Of a stretch of 32,000 nucleotides of DNA, positions 16,340 through 24,992 are shown in pieces. Every line of letters starts with the position of its first letter. Positions within the stretch are counted from its first letter, which is position 1. Position numbers and translations under genes: made by a program. Source of the DNA: Flavobacteriales bacterium. Lineage in GTDB: Bacteria; Bacteroidota; Bacteroidia; Flavobacteriales_F; PHOS-HE28. The stretch covers positions 2,271,975-2,303,974 of the forward strand of contig JADJAA010000001.1 of assembly GCA_016704485.1 (NCBI GenBank), read 5' to 3'. The notes beneath the pieces are model-generated. The model searched no databases. It was not told the origin of the DNA and saw nothing but the letters and a program-made list of their open reading frames with translations.

Positions 16340-17620
16340 TCAATGCGCTCCAATAATAAGCCGTTGTGAATAAGAGCCGACCCGAAGAATATGCATACCG
16401 ACGGCCAAACCCTGAAGATCGAGGCTTGCTGAGTTCTTGTTCACCACTTTGGTTACAACGGACTTGCCCTGTGCATCGTAAAGGATGATCGATCCTAATG
16501 GTTCTGAACCCGAATTCGATATATAAGCCGTGGTCCCTATGATCTGGATCGACGGTTCATTAGCAAGAGCCACATTGGGTAATCCATTCGTACCGTCGAT
16601 ACACGCTTCGAAGAGATCGAATTCAAGTGGGGTAGGCAAGGACCACACGACCGGTGTGTTTGGTCCATTAAGCCAGCCCGCAGCCTGTATACCGAATGTG
16701 GATTGTCCACCAGAAGGCGGATCTTGCGGGAAACAATCCATTGTATAGCTGCCCGGTGGAAGGCAGATCGTGTCCTGAACGTATTGGATCGTATCGGTCA
16801 TTGTCCAGGTGCCTGAACCCATGATGTTTGCATTCGTATCACTAATGGTCCAATCAAATTCACCAATGGCCAACCCTCCCCCGAAATTTTGGATCGTCGG
16901 ATAAACCGCAACGCATGGATCGGCCGGGCACAGATCGAACAAGGGAGTCCAAGAGCACGCGAGTTCGGTCGTAAAACCGGTCCACAGTTCCAAGGTGCCA
17001 AGGAATGGACTTTCAGGAACGACCGCACCTTGAACTAGTGGCAGAACATGCCAATTATCAATCCCGATACCAAAGAAATTCGTGATCTCCATCGCTAATG
17101 TATCGCCATTCGCATCGAATAGAATGAAGTTCGGATAGTCGAACAGGGTATTCAAGTTCATGTTAGATACATGGATCACGATCGAGGTATCGGTGAATGG
17201 ATGCCACTGGATGCTGATAACGTCTAAACTATCGCATGCTGCTCCTCCCGTAGTTACTTCAAAGAAATGTTGGCCCACAGCGGCGAGATCATCCACCTGT
17301 GTACCGTTGATCACAATGGTATACTGGCCGGCATCGAGCATGCCGAGCGTTATTGTTTCAGTGTGTGGTACGATCACTGTGGCCCCACCATCATCCATTG
17401 CAGTGATATAAATATTCACCACATTGTTCGTTATTGTAGCGCTTGCCGCACTGACGTATGCTCCGGTGCTGGATAGGCCACCGGTCAGTTCGATCGATAC
17501 ATTATCCGCTGTTGTGGGATCGTTAGGTTGCACATCAATATCACTGATGTAGAAATAGGTCTGCGCATTCAATTGAAATGCGAATGTGATGATCAACGAG
17601 GAGAGTATGATTCGTAGCAT
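16340..17620 (-). CDS. Secreted protein with T9SS type A C-terminal sorting domain
   Basis: 426 aa. Signal peptide MLRIILSSLIITFAFQLNA/Q. The C-terminal ~70 aa (ILYDAQGKSVV...LDLQGLAVGMHILRVGSYSQRLII) fits the Por/T9SS CTD pattern. Confidence 0.75.
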   Translation of the reverse strand: MLRIILSSLIITFAFQLNAQTYFYISDIDVQPNDPTTADNVSIELTGGLSSTGAYVSAASATITNNVVNIYITAMDDGGATVIVPHTETITLGMLDAGQYTIVINGTQVDDLAAVGQHFFEVTTGGAACDSLDVISIQWHPFTDTSIVIHVSNMNLNTLFDYPNFILFDANGDTLAMEITNFFGIGIDNWHVLPLVQGAVVPESPFLGTLELWTGFTTELACSWTPLFDLCPADPCVAVYPTIQNFGGGLAIGEFDWTISDTNANIMGSGTWTMTDTIQYVQDTICLPPGSYTMDCFPQDPPSGGQSTFGIQAAGWLNGPNTPVVWSLPTPLEFDLFEACIDGTNGLPNVALANEPSIQIIGTTAYISNSGSEPLGSIILYDAQGKSVVTKVVNKNSASLDLQGLAVGMHILRVGSYSQRLIIGAH

Positions 17621-17667
17621 GAGAAAGGGTTTGCAAATGAGACGGCTCGAACGGTTAAAAAGCTGCC

Positions 17668-18159
17668 TCAGCTCTTCATATTATCGAAGGTCAACGGCAA
17701 CTCGAAGTCCTTTTCTTTACAAAGAGCCATCATCGCCTGAAGGTCGTCTATCTTTTTACCGGTCACCCGGATCATATCATCCATGATCTGTGGCTGCACT
17801 TTCAAACCACTTTCCTTAATCGCTTTAATGATCTTCTTCGCTGTTTCGCGCTCTATCCCTTGCTTGATCTTGATGATCCGATAAAGCACTTTTCCGCTTG
17901 GCACCGGTTCCTCCGAAAGATCATAACTGCGCACATCAACTTTCTGCTTGCCACTACGCTCCAACAATAGATCCAGAATGGAATCAAGTTTCATGTGATC
18001 CTCCGTGCTGATCTTGATCGTGAGTGCTTTTTGATCCGCTTCTACTTTGCTATTCGTACCGCGCAGATCATAGCGTGATTCGAGTTCGCGTTTAACAACG
18101 TTCACGGCGTTATCGAGCATTTGAAGGTCGACTTTCGAAAGGATATCTACGGATGGCAT
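17668..18159 (-). CDS. yajQ: YajQ family nucleotide (cyclic di-GMP)-binding protein
   Basis: 163 aa. MPSVDILSKVDLQMLDNAVNVVKRELESRYDLRG matches the UPF0234/YajQ N-terminal signature and size. Confidence 0.9.
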   Translation of the reverse strand: MPSVDILSKVDLQMLDNAVNVVKRELESRYDLRGTNSKVEADQKALTIKISTEDHMKLDSILDLLLERSGKQKVDVRSYDLSEEPVPSGKVLYRIIKIKQGIERETAKKIIKAIKESGLKVQPQIMDDMIRVTGKKIDDLQAMMALCKEKDFELPLTFDNMKS

Positions 18160-18226
18160 GGTGGATCTGCGTGCTAGTTCACCGCGAAGATATGATCAGC
18201 ATAAGAACCATCAGTGAACGGCTTAA

Positions 18227-19174
18227 TCAGAAGTAAGCGGTTATCACACATGAACCCCAAGCATGGTCACGTCCTGTGGTGAATTGGCGCGTAATGAAAC
18301 TCTTGGTGTAACTAAGTCCGATCCCGCGGTAGCGGAGCGTTACTCCGCCCTCTGCAAAAAGCACGATCCGTTCCATATTCGTCGGTGCGATCACGTGCGG
18401 ATCATAAGTGTTGAAGAGTCCTCCTTGAAAGGTGGCATCGTAACCAACAAAGCGAGCATTCCCTTGCAAGAATGTACTGATCCGAAGTTTCTTCAGGATA
18501 TCCACGGGTTCATCAAAGTGTGAATTGAACAGACCGATCTCTCCTCGCAAGTTCACGTCCGCGTGTGTTCGAAAGCTTCCAACAGTTGCACCAGCCCCAC
18601 CGCTGATCTCGGCGAATCGCGATGCGATCAACCGTTGGTCGAACTGTAGTGCGTAATTCACGATCACATCGTTCTGTATCTGGAATTGCCAACCCAAGGG
18701 TTCAATATTATTCAGTGCTTTATGGATCCCACGCTGTTCTCCGGCACACAAGGCGCATGGCCCGATAATGCCAATGGAAAGCGCTGATGTAAGCTGTTCT
18801 TTCCGATCCGTGTTGGTGGATTTTGAACGTTGGCCGATGTACAATGCTGCTGCGAAAGGACGATCGGTGCGCAAGATGGTATCGCGCCGGATGCTGGTCG
18901 GCGTAAAGCATTCCTGTTGTGCGAAGAGATTATCCTGCTGTCTGGCCGCACCGCTGAAACGTGGTAATACGTGGCGAAGCGGTGAGCTCGAGATCCACGG
19001 AGTACGTAATTCCAACCGTATGCCTTGAGTGAAGTATTGATCGGTTGCCGTGAAAAAATCATTGTCATACCGAAAGCGGAACCAGCGTTCTTCGGGAGTT
19101 CCACCGAATAGGTATGATGCACTAACACAATTAAAAATGATCACAACTAGTGTGAGCACGAAACGGGTCCCCAT
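18227..19174 (-). CDS. LpxR-like lipid A deacylase family outer-membrane protein (DUF2219)
   Basis: 315 aa with a signal peptide. The FRYDNDFFTATDQYFTQG motif, beta-barrel-like alternating sequence and C-terminal aromatic residue fit. Family recalled from memory. Confidence 0.6.
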   Translation of the reverse strand: MGTRFVLTLVVIIFNCVSASYLFGGTPEERWFRFRYDNDFFTATDQYFTQGIRLELRTPWISSSPLRHVLPRFSGAARQQDNLFAQQECFTPTSIRRDTILRTDRPFAAALYIGQRSKSTNTDRKEQLTSALSIGIIGPCALCAGEQRGIHKALNNIEPLGWQFQIQNDVIVNYALQFDQRLIASRFAEISGGAGATVGSFRTHADVNLRGEIGLFNSHFDEPVDILKKLRISTFLQGNARFVGYDATFQGGLFNTYDPHVIAPTNMERIVLFAEGGVTLRYRGIGLSYTKSFITRQFTTGRDHAWGSCVITAYF

Positions 19175-19233
19175 GCCACATTTACGTGCAACGATACTGA
19201 TCGGATCGCTGAATTACGGTCGTTAACCACTTC

Positions 19234-19254
19234 CTTTGTACATTCAAAGCTTTA
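19234..19254 (+). promoter_or_regulatory. Operator-like motif upstream of mmsA
   Basis: CTTTG (19234-19238), a 6-nt spacer, CAAAG (19245-19249) and CTTTA (19250-19254). This is the same forward-reverse-forward half-site arrangement as at 10142-10164. It ends 14 nt before ATG 19269. Confidence 0.3.
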
Positions 19255-19268
19255 TACGATCTCATCAC

Positions 19269-20741
19269 ATGGCGACCGAAACATTTAAATATCCCGAAAC
19301 GACAAATTACATCGCTGGTAAACCAGTGAACGGCACTCCCAAGAAAATGGATGTTCGCTCGCCGTTGGATGGGAGCATAATCAGTACCGTTGCACTTTCA
19401 ACCGCAAAGGATCTTGATGTCGCTGTGAAAGCCGCGGAAGCCGCATTCCCAGCGTGGAGCGGCACTCCGATCAAAGAGCGATCGCAGATCTTTTTCAGGT
19501 ACCGCGAATTACTATCCAAGAATCGTGAAGAATTGGCCCTGCTCGTGCATACAGAGAACGGCAAGACTATGGATGAGTCCTATGCCGAGGTGGACAAGAG
19601 CATGGAACTTACGGAATTTGCTTGTAGCCTGCCGCAGTTGGTACAAGGTGAATTGCTCGAAGTGAGTAAAGGCGTAGAGTGCCGTATCGAGCGCAAACCA
19701 TTGGGAGTGGTAGCCAGCATTGCACCTTTCAACTTTCCGAACATGGTGCCGCATTGGACCATCCCGAACGCATTGATGTTGGGCAATACCATGATCCTGA
19801 AGCCAAGTGAAGTGGTGCCGATCAGTGCCATTCGCATTGCTGAATTGCTGAAGGAAGCCGGATTGCCTGATGGTGTGTTCAATGTGGTGAACGGTGATCG
19901 CGAGATCGTTGAAGCGATATGTGATCATCCCGGAATTAAGGCGGTGAGTTTTGTCGGTAGTACCAAGGTTGCAAAACTGGTGTACATCCGTGCATGCGCA
20001 TCCTTGAAGCGTGCGTTGTGCCTGGGCGGAGCGAAGAACCACCTGCTCGTTCTACCCGATGCACATCTGGAAATGACAGCCAGTAACGTTGTAGCGAGCA
20101 TGAGCGGATGTGCTGGACAGCGTTGTATGGCCGCAGCGCAAATGGTGGGGATCGGCGCTGTGGACCACATTATTCAACAGATGCTTATCGAAGCCAAGAA
20201 GTTGATCCCCGGAAAGAATTTGGGACCTGTGATCAGCAAAGCATCCTACGAATGGATCCTCGGTTTCATAGATGAAGCGGAAAAGGCAGGTGCAAAAGTG
20301 ATCCTCGATGGTCGCAACCCAAAAGTGGATGGTGGTGCAAAAGACGGATACTATCTGGGGCCCACGATCATCGATCACGTTACTGCGGACATGCGCATTT
20401 CAAAAGAAGAAGTGTTCGGTCCCGTCATCAGCATTATACGAGCAAAGGACCTCGATGCCGCGATCGCGATCGAGAACGCAAACCCGTATGGTAATGCCGC
20501 TGCCGTCTTCACACAAAGTGGTGGACAGGCGCGTCAAGTCATGGAACGCGCCAGTGCCGGTATGATCGGTGTAAACATCGGTGTACCCGTGCCACGCGAA
20601 CCCTTTAGTTTCGGCGGTTGGAATGATAGCAAGTTCGGTACTTGCGACATCACGGGAAAAAGCTCCATTGAATTCTGGACACAACTGAAAAAGACCACCA
20701 CCAAGTGGAATCCTGAGGGGAAGACGAATTGGATGAGCTGA
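19269..20741 (+). CDS. mmsA: CoA-acylating methylmalonate/malonate-semialdehyde dehydrogenase
   Basis: ALDH fold with FNFPNMVPHWTIPNALMLGNTMILKPSE and catalytic Cys in GCAGQRCMA. GGAKNH replaces the usual ELGG Glu motif, which is typical of MmsA. Start is taken at ATG 19269 rather than the track's TTG 19236. Confidence 0.9.
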   Translation: MATETFKYPETTNYIAGKPVNGTPKKMDVRSPLDGSIISTVALSTAKDLDVAVKAAEAAFPAWSGTPIKERSQIFFRYRELLSKNREELALLVHTENGKTMDESYAEVDKSMELTEFACSLPQLVQGELLEVSKGVECRIERKPLGVVASIAPFNFPNMVPHWTIPNALMLGNTMILKPSEVVPISAIRIAELLKEAGLPDGVFNVVNGDREIVEAICDHPGIKAVSFVGSTKVAKLVYIRACASLKRALCLGGAKNHLLVLPDAHLEMTASNVVASMSGCAGQRCMAAAQMVGIGAVDHIIQQMLIEAKKLIPGKNLGPVISKASYEWILGFIDEAEKAGAKVILDGRNPKVDGGAKDGYYLGPTIIDHVTADMRISKEEVFGPVISIIRAKDLDAAIAIENANPYGNAAAVFTQSGGQARQVMERASAGMIGVNIGVPVPREPFSFGGWNDSKFGTCDITGKSSIEFWTQLKKTTTKWNPEGKTNWMS

Positions 20742-20746
20742 TAAAT

Positions 20747-20840
20747 AGAACGCTGATGACGCTGAAAGATCTGATGATCACAGATAGATGCTCCCTTTCA
20801 GATGCGCGTTGATCCATTCTTTCCCCGTCATCTGCGTTCC
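20747..20840 (+). repeat. Gene-less inverted-repeat (hairpin) element homologous to the arms that flank the GxxExxY genes
   Basis: The left end AGAACGCTGATGACGCTGA shares its 18 nt GAACGCTGATGACGCTGA (20748-20765) with 31185-31202. The right end GTCATCTGCGTTCC resembles GTCATCAGCGTTCC at 31641-31654. 19 of the outer 22 arm positions are complementary. Confidence 0.65.
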
Positions 20841-20862
20841 ATTATCTATGTAATTGCACACT

Positions 20863-20934
20863 ATGAGCACGACCACCAAGACCAACCCCGCCGAGATCCA
20901 CAAGGACAATCTCGAGCATTCGGTCTATAGCTGA
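20863..20934 (+). pseudogene. 5' relic (23 codons) of a class-III aminotransferase gene
   Basis: It translates to MSTTTKTNPAEIHKDNLEHSVYS*. That matches the first 23 aa of the intact gene at 22966 (MSMQTKTNPSEILKDNLEHSIFS) at 16 of 23 positions. TGA replaces the TGG of Trp24, and similarity is lost after about 20940. Confidence 0.7.
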
Positions 20935-21046
20935 ACAAGTGATCTGGCCCTTCCTCGGTTTAAAGACAACAGTCGGAAGCCTGAGCGCGGGGAAGTGGGG
21001 CGGCAACCCTGATCCCTGCTAGTTCAAACCGCATACATTTACCATC

Positions 21047-22726
21047 ATGGAAGGTGTATCGCCCGTAATAGCGCCGCTTAGCCCCGAAGAGGTGCAGACC
21101 GTTGAGGAGTTCCGTAAGCGGCGGAATACGGCGGTGCTCGCCGTGATGTTCACGGATATTGTGGGCAGCACCAATGCAACGGAACGCTTGGGTGAAAAGG
21201 TATACACGGGCTTGCGGCATTTGCATGACGAGTTGGTTCGAAAGATCATTACTCGTGATGGAGCGGGTACTATCGTTAAAGAGATCGGTGACTCTTTTCT
21301 ATGCGTTTTCGCCGAGCCTTCTGCCGCTGTGGAACGTGCGGTGGAAGTTCAGCGGGCCATCCATATGAACCGCGAAAACCTTTCCGCAGGGGAATACACG
21401 CTCACAGTGCGGATCGGCATCCACATGGGACAGGTGGCTGTTGAGGATTCCTTGCGACAGGATGTTTTCGGTAGGCAAGTAAATATGGCGGCGCGTATCG
21501 AATCATTGGCCAGCGGTGGGCAAGTGCTTACGTCCCGGTCCGTATGGGAGAATGCCGTCGGTTGGGCCGCTAACGATCCATCGGCTGACATCGGCCATAT
21601 CCGCTATGGAAAAGCCAAACTAAAAGGCTTCGATGAGCCGGTGGAGCTCTTCGGCTTCCATTCGAAAAAGGCCGTTGTCCCGCCAGCGCCAGCGCCGATC
21701 AAGTCGCAAAAAAGACGATCCTTGTTTGCTGCGGTTTCAATAGGGATCCTCGTGGGCGCTATGGTCTACGGCCTATTCAAGTTGTACAACGGCCGAGTGG
21801 CTCCCAAAGATGTGGCATTCACCGACGGCAAACCGTATTACATCCAATTCGATTTTTCCGCCTTGCAGCCGGACAGCACTGCCGCTTGGGTGGACACGGC
21901 GGCCATTAAGAGCGCGTTCGTATCACAGGCCATTTTCGTGTTTGCACCCATGGCTGTTTGGGGCGAGGATGAGCTTAGGGCGCATTGCGCGAATGCGGGA
22001 ATTACATATAAGCGCCATCAGAATGAAAGTTCATTGGATTCACCTTTCTTTCGAGATACTTTGGGGCTCGCTGGTGCCTTTTTCATCACAGCCTTGCCAA
22101 TGGTCAAAGGTTCGGTCGATGATACGCTTCGGACGAAGGTGCGGAGCGATCTCTATCCGGAATCGACAACGTCAAACGCTGCAGTCGTCATGTGCTTTAT
22201 GACTGCGAAGGGGTTGGAGAAAGAGGCTCGGAACACTTTGCAGTATATAATGGATGTGAGTAAGCGGAAGAGCCTTGGAACGGTGATCATGGTGGACGAC
22301 AATACCTTCACCTTCAGGTTGGCGCCTGGTGCGGTCGTGTCCAAAGGAGCTAGGGTTTTCTTGAGACGGTATTACGTTGGCTACGAAGGCCTAAAAGTGC
22401 GACTGGCCGATACACATATGTATTTAGAAAACTACCGGAATGTTCTGCGGGATCCTGCGAAATGGGATGATTTGGTAGAGCCTGATGAATTACCTGAGGG
22501 CATGACGGTTCAGGATGCGCTGATGGCGGTCATCGGAAGTTTGGAAGGCGATTCGGTCGAGATCCAGAAGCAGCTGAATGATGATCCGAATTTCAGCGGT
22601 ACGTATTATCCTAGTGTCGCTGTGGGCGGCTTCGTCACCGCGATAGCCGATTCCGTGGCGCAGACCACGTGGGAAGGGGACTACCCTGACCGGCCACGAC
22701 CGGGCGATGATGTTCAGCTTGAATGA
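21047..22726 (+). CDS. Class III adenylate cyclase: N-terminal catalytic domain, one TM helix, uncharacterised C-terminal domain
   Basis: 559 aa. It has FTDIVGST (metal Asp), VKEIGDSF (Lys plus the second metal Asp), RIGIHMGQV and DVFGRQVNMAARIES. The Lys/Asp specificity pair predicts ATP. The TM segment is LFAAVSIGILVGAMVYGLF at about aa 226-245. About 310 aa follow with no motif I recognise. Confidence 0.85.
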   Translation: MEGVSPVIAPLSPEEVQTVEEFRKRRNTAVLAVMFTDIVGSTNATERLGEKVYTGLRHLHDELVRKIITRDGAGTIVKEIGDSFLCVFAEPSAAVERAVEVQRAIHMNRENLSAGEYTLTVRIGIHMGQVAVEDSLRQDVFGRQVNMAARIESLASGGQVLTSRSVWENAVGWAANDPSADIGHIRYGKAKLKGFDEPVELFGFHSKKAVVPPAPAPIKSQKRRSLFAAVSIGILVGAMVYGLFKLYNGRVAPKDVAFTDGKPYYIQFDFSALQPDSTAAWVDTAAIKSAFVSQAIFVFAPMAVWGEDELRAHCANAGITYKRHQNESSLDSPFFRDTLGLAGAFFITALPMVKGSVDDTLRTKVRSDLYPESTTSNAAVVMCFMTAKGLEKEARNTLQYIMDVSKRKSLGTVIMVDDNTFTFRLAPGAVVSKGARVFLRRYYVGYEGLKVRLADTHMYLENYRNVLRDPAKWDDLVEPDELPEGMTVQDALMAVIGSLEGDSVEIQKQLNDDPNFSGTYYPSVAVGGFVTAIADSVAQTTWEGDYPDRPRPGDDVQLE

Positions 22727-22888
22727 TAAAGTGCAACTCGGCTACATTTCAGGGCTTGGGATTCGACAGACCTATGACCTGTCCTGATCCAATATGCCAC
22801 TCCAATTATACGTGACTTTCAACAAAAGAACGCAGGCGAATAGCCTAGAAGAGCTTCAGATAAACCGAAGATAAATTGTTGAACTTTG

Positions 22889-22896
22889 TACGTTTG
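22889..22896 (+). promoter_or_regulatory. Candidate Bacteroidota -7 promoter box TACGTTTG
   Basis: A perfect TAnnTTTG match 70 nt upstream of ATG 22966. There is no properly spaced -33 TTTG; the nearest TTG is only 10 nt upstream. Confidence 0.3.
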
Positions 22897-22965
22897 AATG
22901 GAATCCGGATCGCTCCGGACCATCAACTAGCGAAATAGAAAGACCATGGCCCTGCGCCAACCAAC

Positions 22966-24318
22966 ATGAGTATGCAAACCAAAACCAACCCCTCCGAGAT
23001 CCTAAAGGACAACCTCGAACACAGCATTTTCAGTTGGAGCAAGCAAAGCGGCTTGATTCCACTGAACATCGAACGTGCAAAAGGGCTTTACCTCTACACA
23101 CGAGAGGGAAAGAAGATCCTCGATTTCAGTTCGCAATTGATGAACGTGAATATTGGGCATGGACATCCGAAAGTGGCGGAAGCCGTGGCGAAACAGATGG
23201 CTGAGCTGAGTTACGTGCATCCCGGTATGATCACCGAGGCTCGTGGAAAGTTGAGTAAGAAATTGAGCGAGATCACTCCTGGTACTTTGAACCGTACGTT
23301 CTTTACGAACGGCGGTACCGAAGCAGTGGAACATGCAATGAAGTTGGCCCGTTTGCATACCGGTCGTCACAAGATCATTACACTTTACCAGAGCTACCAC
23401 GGTGCTACATATGGTGCATTAACGGCAGGTGGCGATCCACGCGGATTGCCTCATGATAGCCAAGGTGTACCCAACATCATCCATGTTGAGAATCCGTACT
23501 TCTATCGCTGTCCTTGGAATAGCAAGACGCCTGAAGAGTGCACCGAGAACGCACTAGCACATTTGGAACGCGTGATGAAATTCGAAGGCCCGCAATACAT
23601 CGCGGCCATCATGATGGAAGGGGAGAGCGGTTCCAGTGGCTGCATTAAATACCCACCGGGTTATTGGAAAGGCGTTAGCGCAATTGCCGAGAAGTACGGT
23701 ATTCTGACAATTTGCGATGAGGTGATGAGCGGCTTTGGTCGCACCGGAAAGTGGTTCGGTATTGATCATCATGGTGTGGTGCCGGATATCATGTGCATGG
23801 CGAAAGGACTCACTGCCGGTTACATCCCACTCGGAGGTATCATCGTGAAAGAAGAGATCATCAAGCACTTCGATGATAAGCCATTACCCATCGGACTGAC
23901 ATACAGCGCGCATGCCGTGGCTTGTGCTGCGGGCAATGCTGTTCTTGATATTTACGAAGAAGAGAACCTGGTTGAGAATGCTGCCAACATGGGCCGCTAT
24001 GTGGATGAAAGTGTGGCCAAACTCGCCCAGAAACACCCGAGCATCGGAGATTTCCGCAATACAGGGTTGCTCGGTTGCATTGAACTGGTAAAGAACCGCG
24101 ATACCAAAGAACCCATGGCACCTTGGAACGCAACACCTGATCAAATGGGCGTCATGAACAAAGTGGCTGCCAAGCTGACCGAGCTCGGCATGTTCACTTT
24201 CGTGCGCTGGAACTGGATCTTCGTTGCACCGCCACTTACGATCGGCAAAGAAGGGATTGATGAAGGGATGGAGATCATCAGCAAGGCCTTGAGTATTGCG
24301 GATGAGGGGTGCAACTAA
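22966..24318 (+). CDS. Class-III (omega / beta-alanine:pyruvate-type) aminotransferase
   Basis: 450 aa. The blocks FTNGGTEAVEHAMKLAR, ICDEVMSGFGRTGKWFG and the PLP-Lys region DIMCMAKGLTAGYIPLG are present. The pathway context predicts beta-alanine/beta-aminoisobutyrate as substrate (inference). Confidence 0.9.
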   Translation: MSMQTKTNPSEILKDNLEHSIFSWSKQSGLIPLNIERAKGLYLYTREGKKILDFSSQLMNVNIGHGHPKVAEAVAKQMAELSYVHPGMITEARGKLSKKLSEITPGTLNRTFFTNGGTEAVEHAMKLARLHTGRHKIITLYQSYHGATYGALTAGGDPRGLPHDSQGVPNIIHVENPYFYRCPWNSKTPEECTENALAHLERVMKFEGPQYIAAIMMEGESGSSGCIKYPPGYWKGVSAIAEKYGILTICDEVMSGFGRTGKWFGIDHHGVVPDIMCMAKGLTAGYIPLGGIIVKEEIIKHFDDKPLPIGLTYSAHAVACAAGNAVLDIYEEENLVENAANMGRYVDESVAKLAQKHPSIGDFRNTGLLGCIELVKNRDTKEPMAPWNATPDQMGVMNKVAAKLTELGMFTFVRWNWIFVAPPLTIGKEGIDEGMEIISKALSIADEGCN

Positions 24319-24374
24319 ATCACGGATCGTGTGCGGGGTATCTTAACTGATCCGTTAAGGGCGTTATCGCTTCC

Positions 24375-24923
24375 ATGCCGAAGTCCACTACCTATATTCT
24401 GCTCTTTAGAGGTGTTGGCGGAGAAACACAACTACCTGTTGACCCATTGCGAAAGGCGCTTACGGAATTGGGCTTCACTGGAGTGACCACGTACATCAAC
24501 AGCGGCAACGCATTGGTGCGGAGCACGTTTACTCGGGATAAGACTCTTGCCAAAGTAGTGGAACTGTGCAAGGAGCAGTTCGGTTTCGATAAACCCATTT
24601 TCGCGTCAACGGCTGCGGAATGGGCTGAGGTGATCGCCAACAACCCGTTCCCGAACGCCTTAGCGACACCCAAGTTCTTGCACGCGGCATTGTTGGCTTC
24701 TGCAGCCGATGCGGCCCGTATAAAAGCCATTCAAGCTATAGCTGTGGATGGCGAGCAACTGAAGGTGGTGAAGTGCGTGGCCTACATCCACACTCCGAAT
24801 GGCTTCGGCACTTCCAAAATGGCCGCCAAATTCGATAAGGGTATTGGAGTAGTGAACACTGCCCGCAATTGGAACACTGTGCTGAAGTTACACGAGTTGG
24901 CCTTGGCGTTGGAAGAGATGTGA
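24375..24923 (+). CDS. DUF1697 domain protein
   Basis: 182 aa. YILLFRGVGGETQLPVDPLRKALTELGFTGVTTYINSGNALV matches the DUF1697 N-terminal pattern. Confidence 0.75.
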   Translation: MPKSTTYILLFRGVGGETQLPVDPLRKALTELGFTGVTTYINSGNALVRSTFTRDKTLAKVVELCKEQFGFDKPIFASTAAEWAEVIANNPFPNALATPKFLHAALLASAADAARIKAIQAIAVDGEQLKVVKCVAYIHTPNGFGTSKMAAKFDKGIGVVNTARNWNTVLKLHELALALEEM

Positions 24924-24992
24924 CGTAGAGGGCTCCGTGAGTTGATCTGTGAGCTGGTTCGCAATTGGTGTTTGAAGCCTTTGCGGAGTAAC

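Noticed and set aside
19236-19268. TTG start for mmsA
   Set aside because: It adds 11 residues (MYIQSFIRSHH) and overlaps the operator-like motif. ATG 19269 gives the expected N-terminus.
22875-22896. Full Bacteroidota -33/-7 promoter upstream of the aminotransferase
   Set aside because: The -7 box TACGTTTG is perfect, but the nearest upstream TTG is only 10 nt away instead of about 19-21 nt. Only the -7 box is reported, at low confidence.
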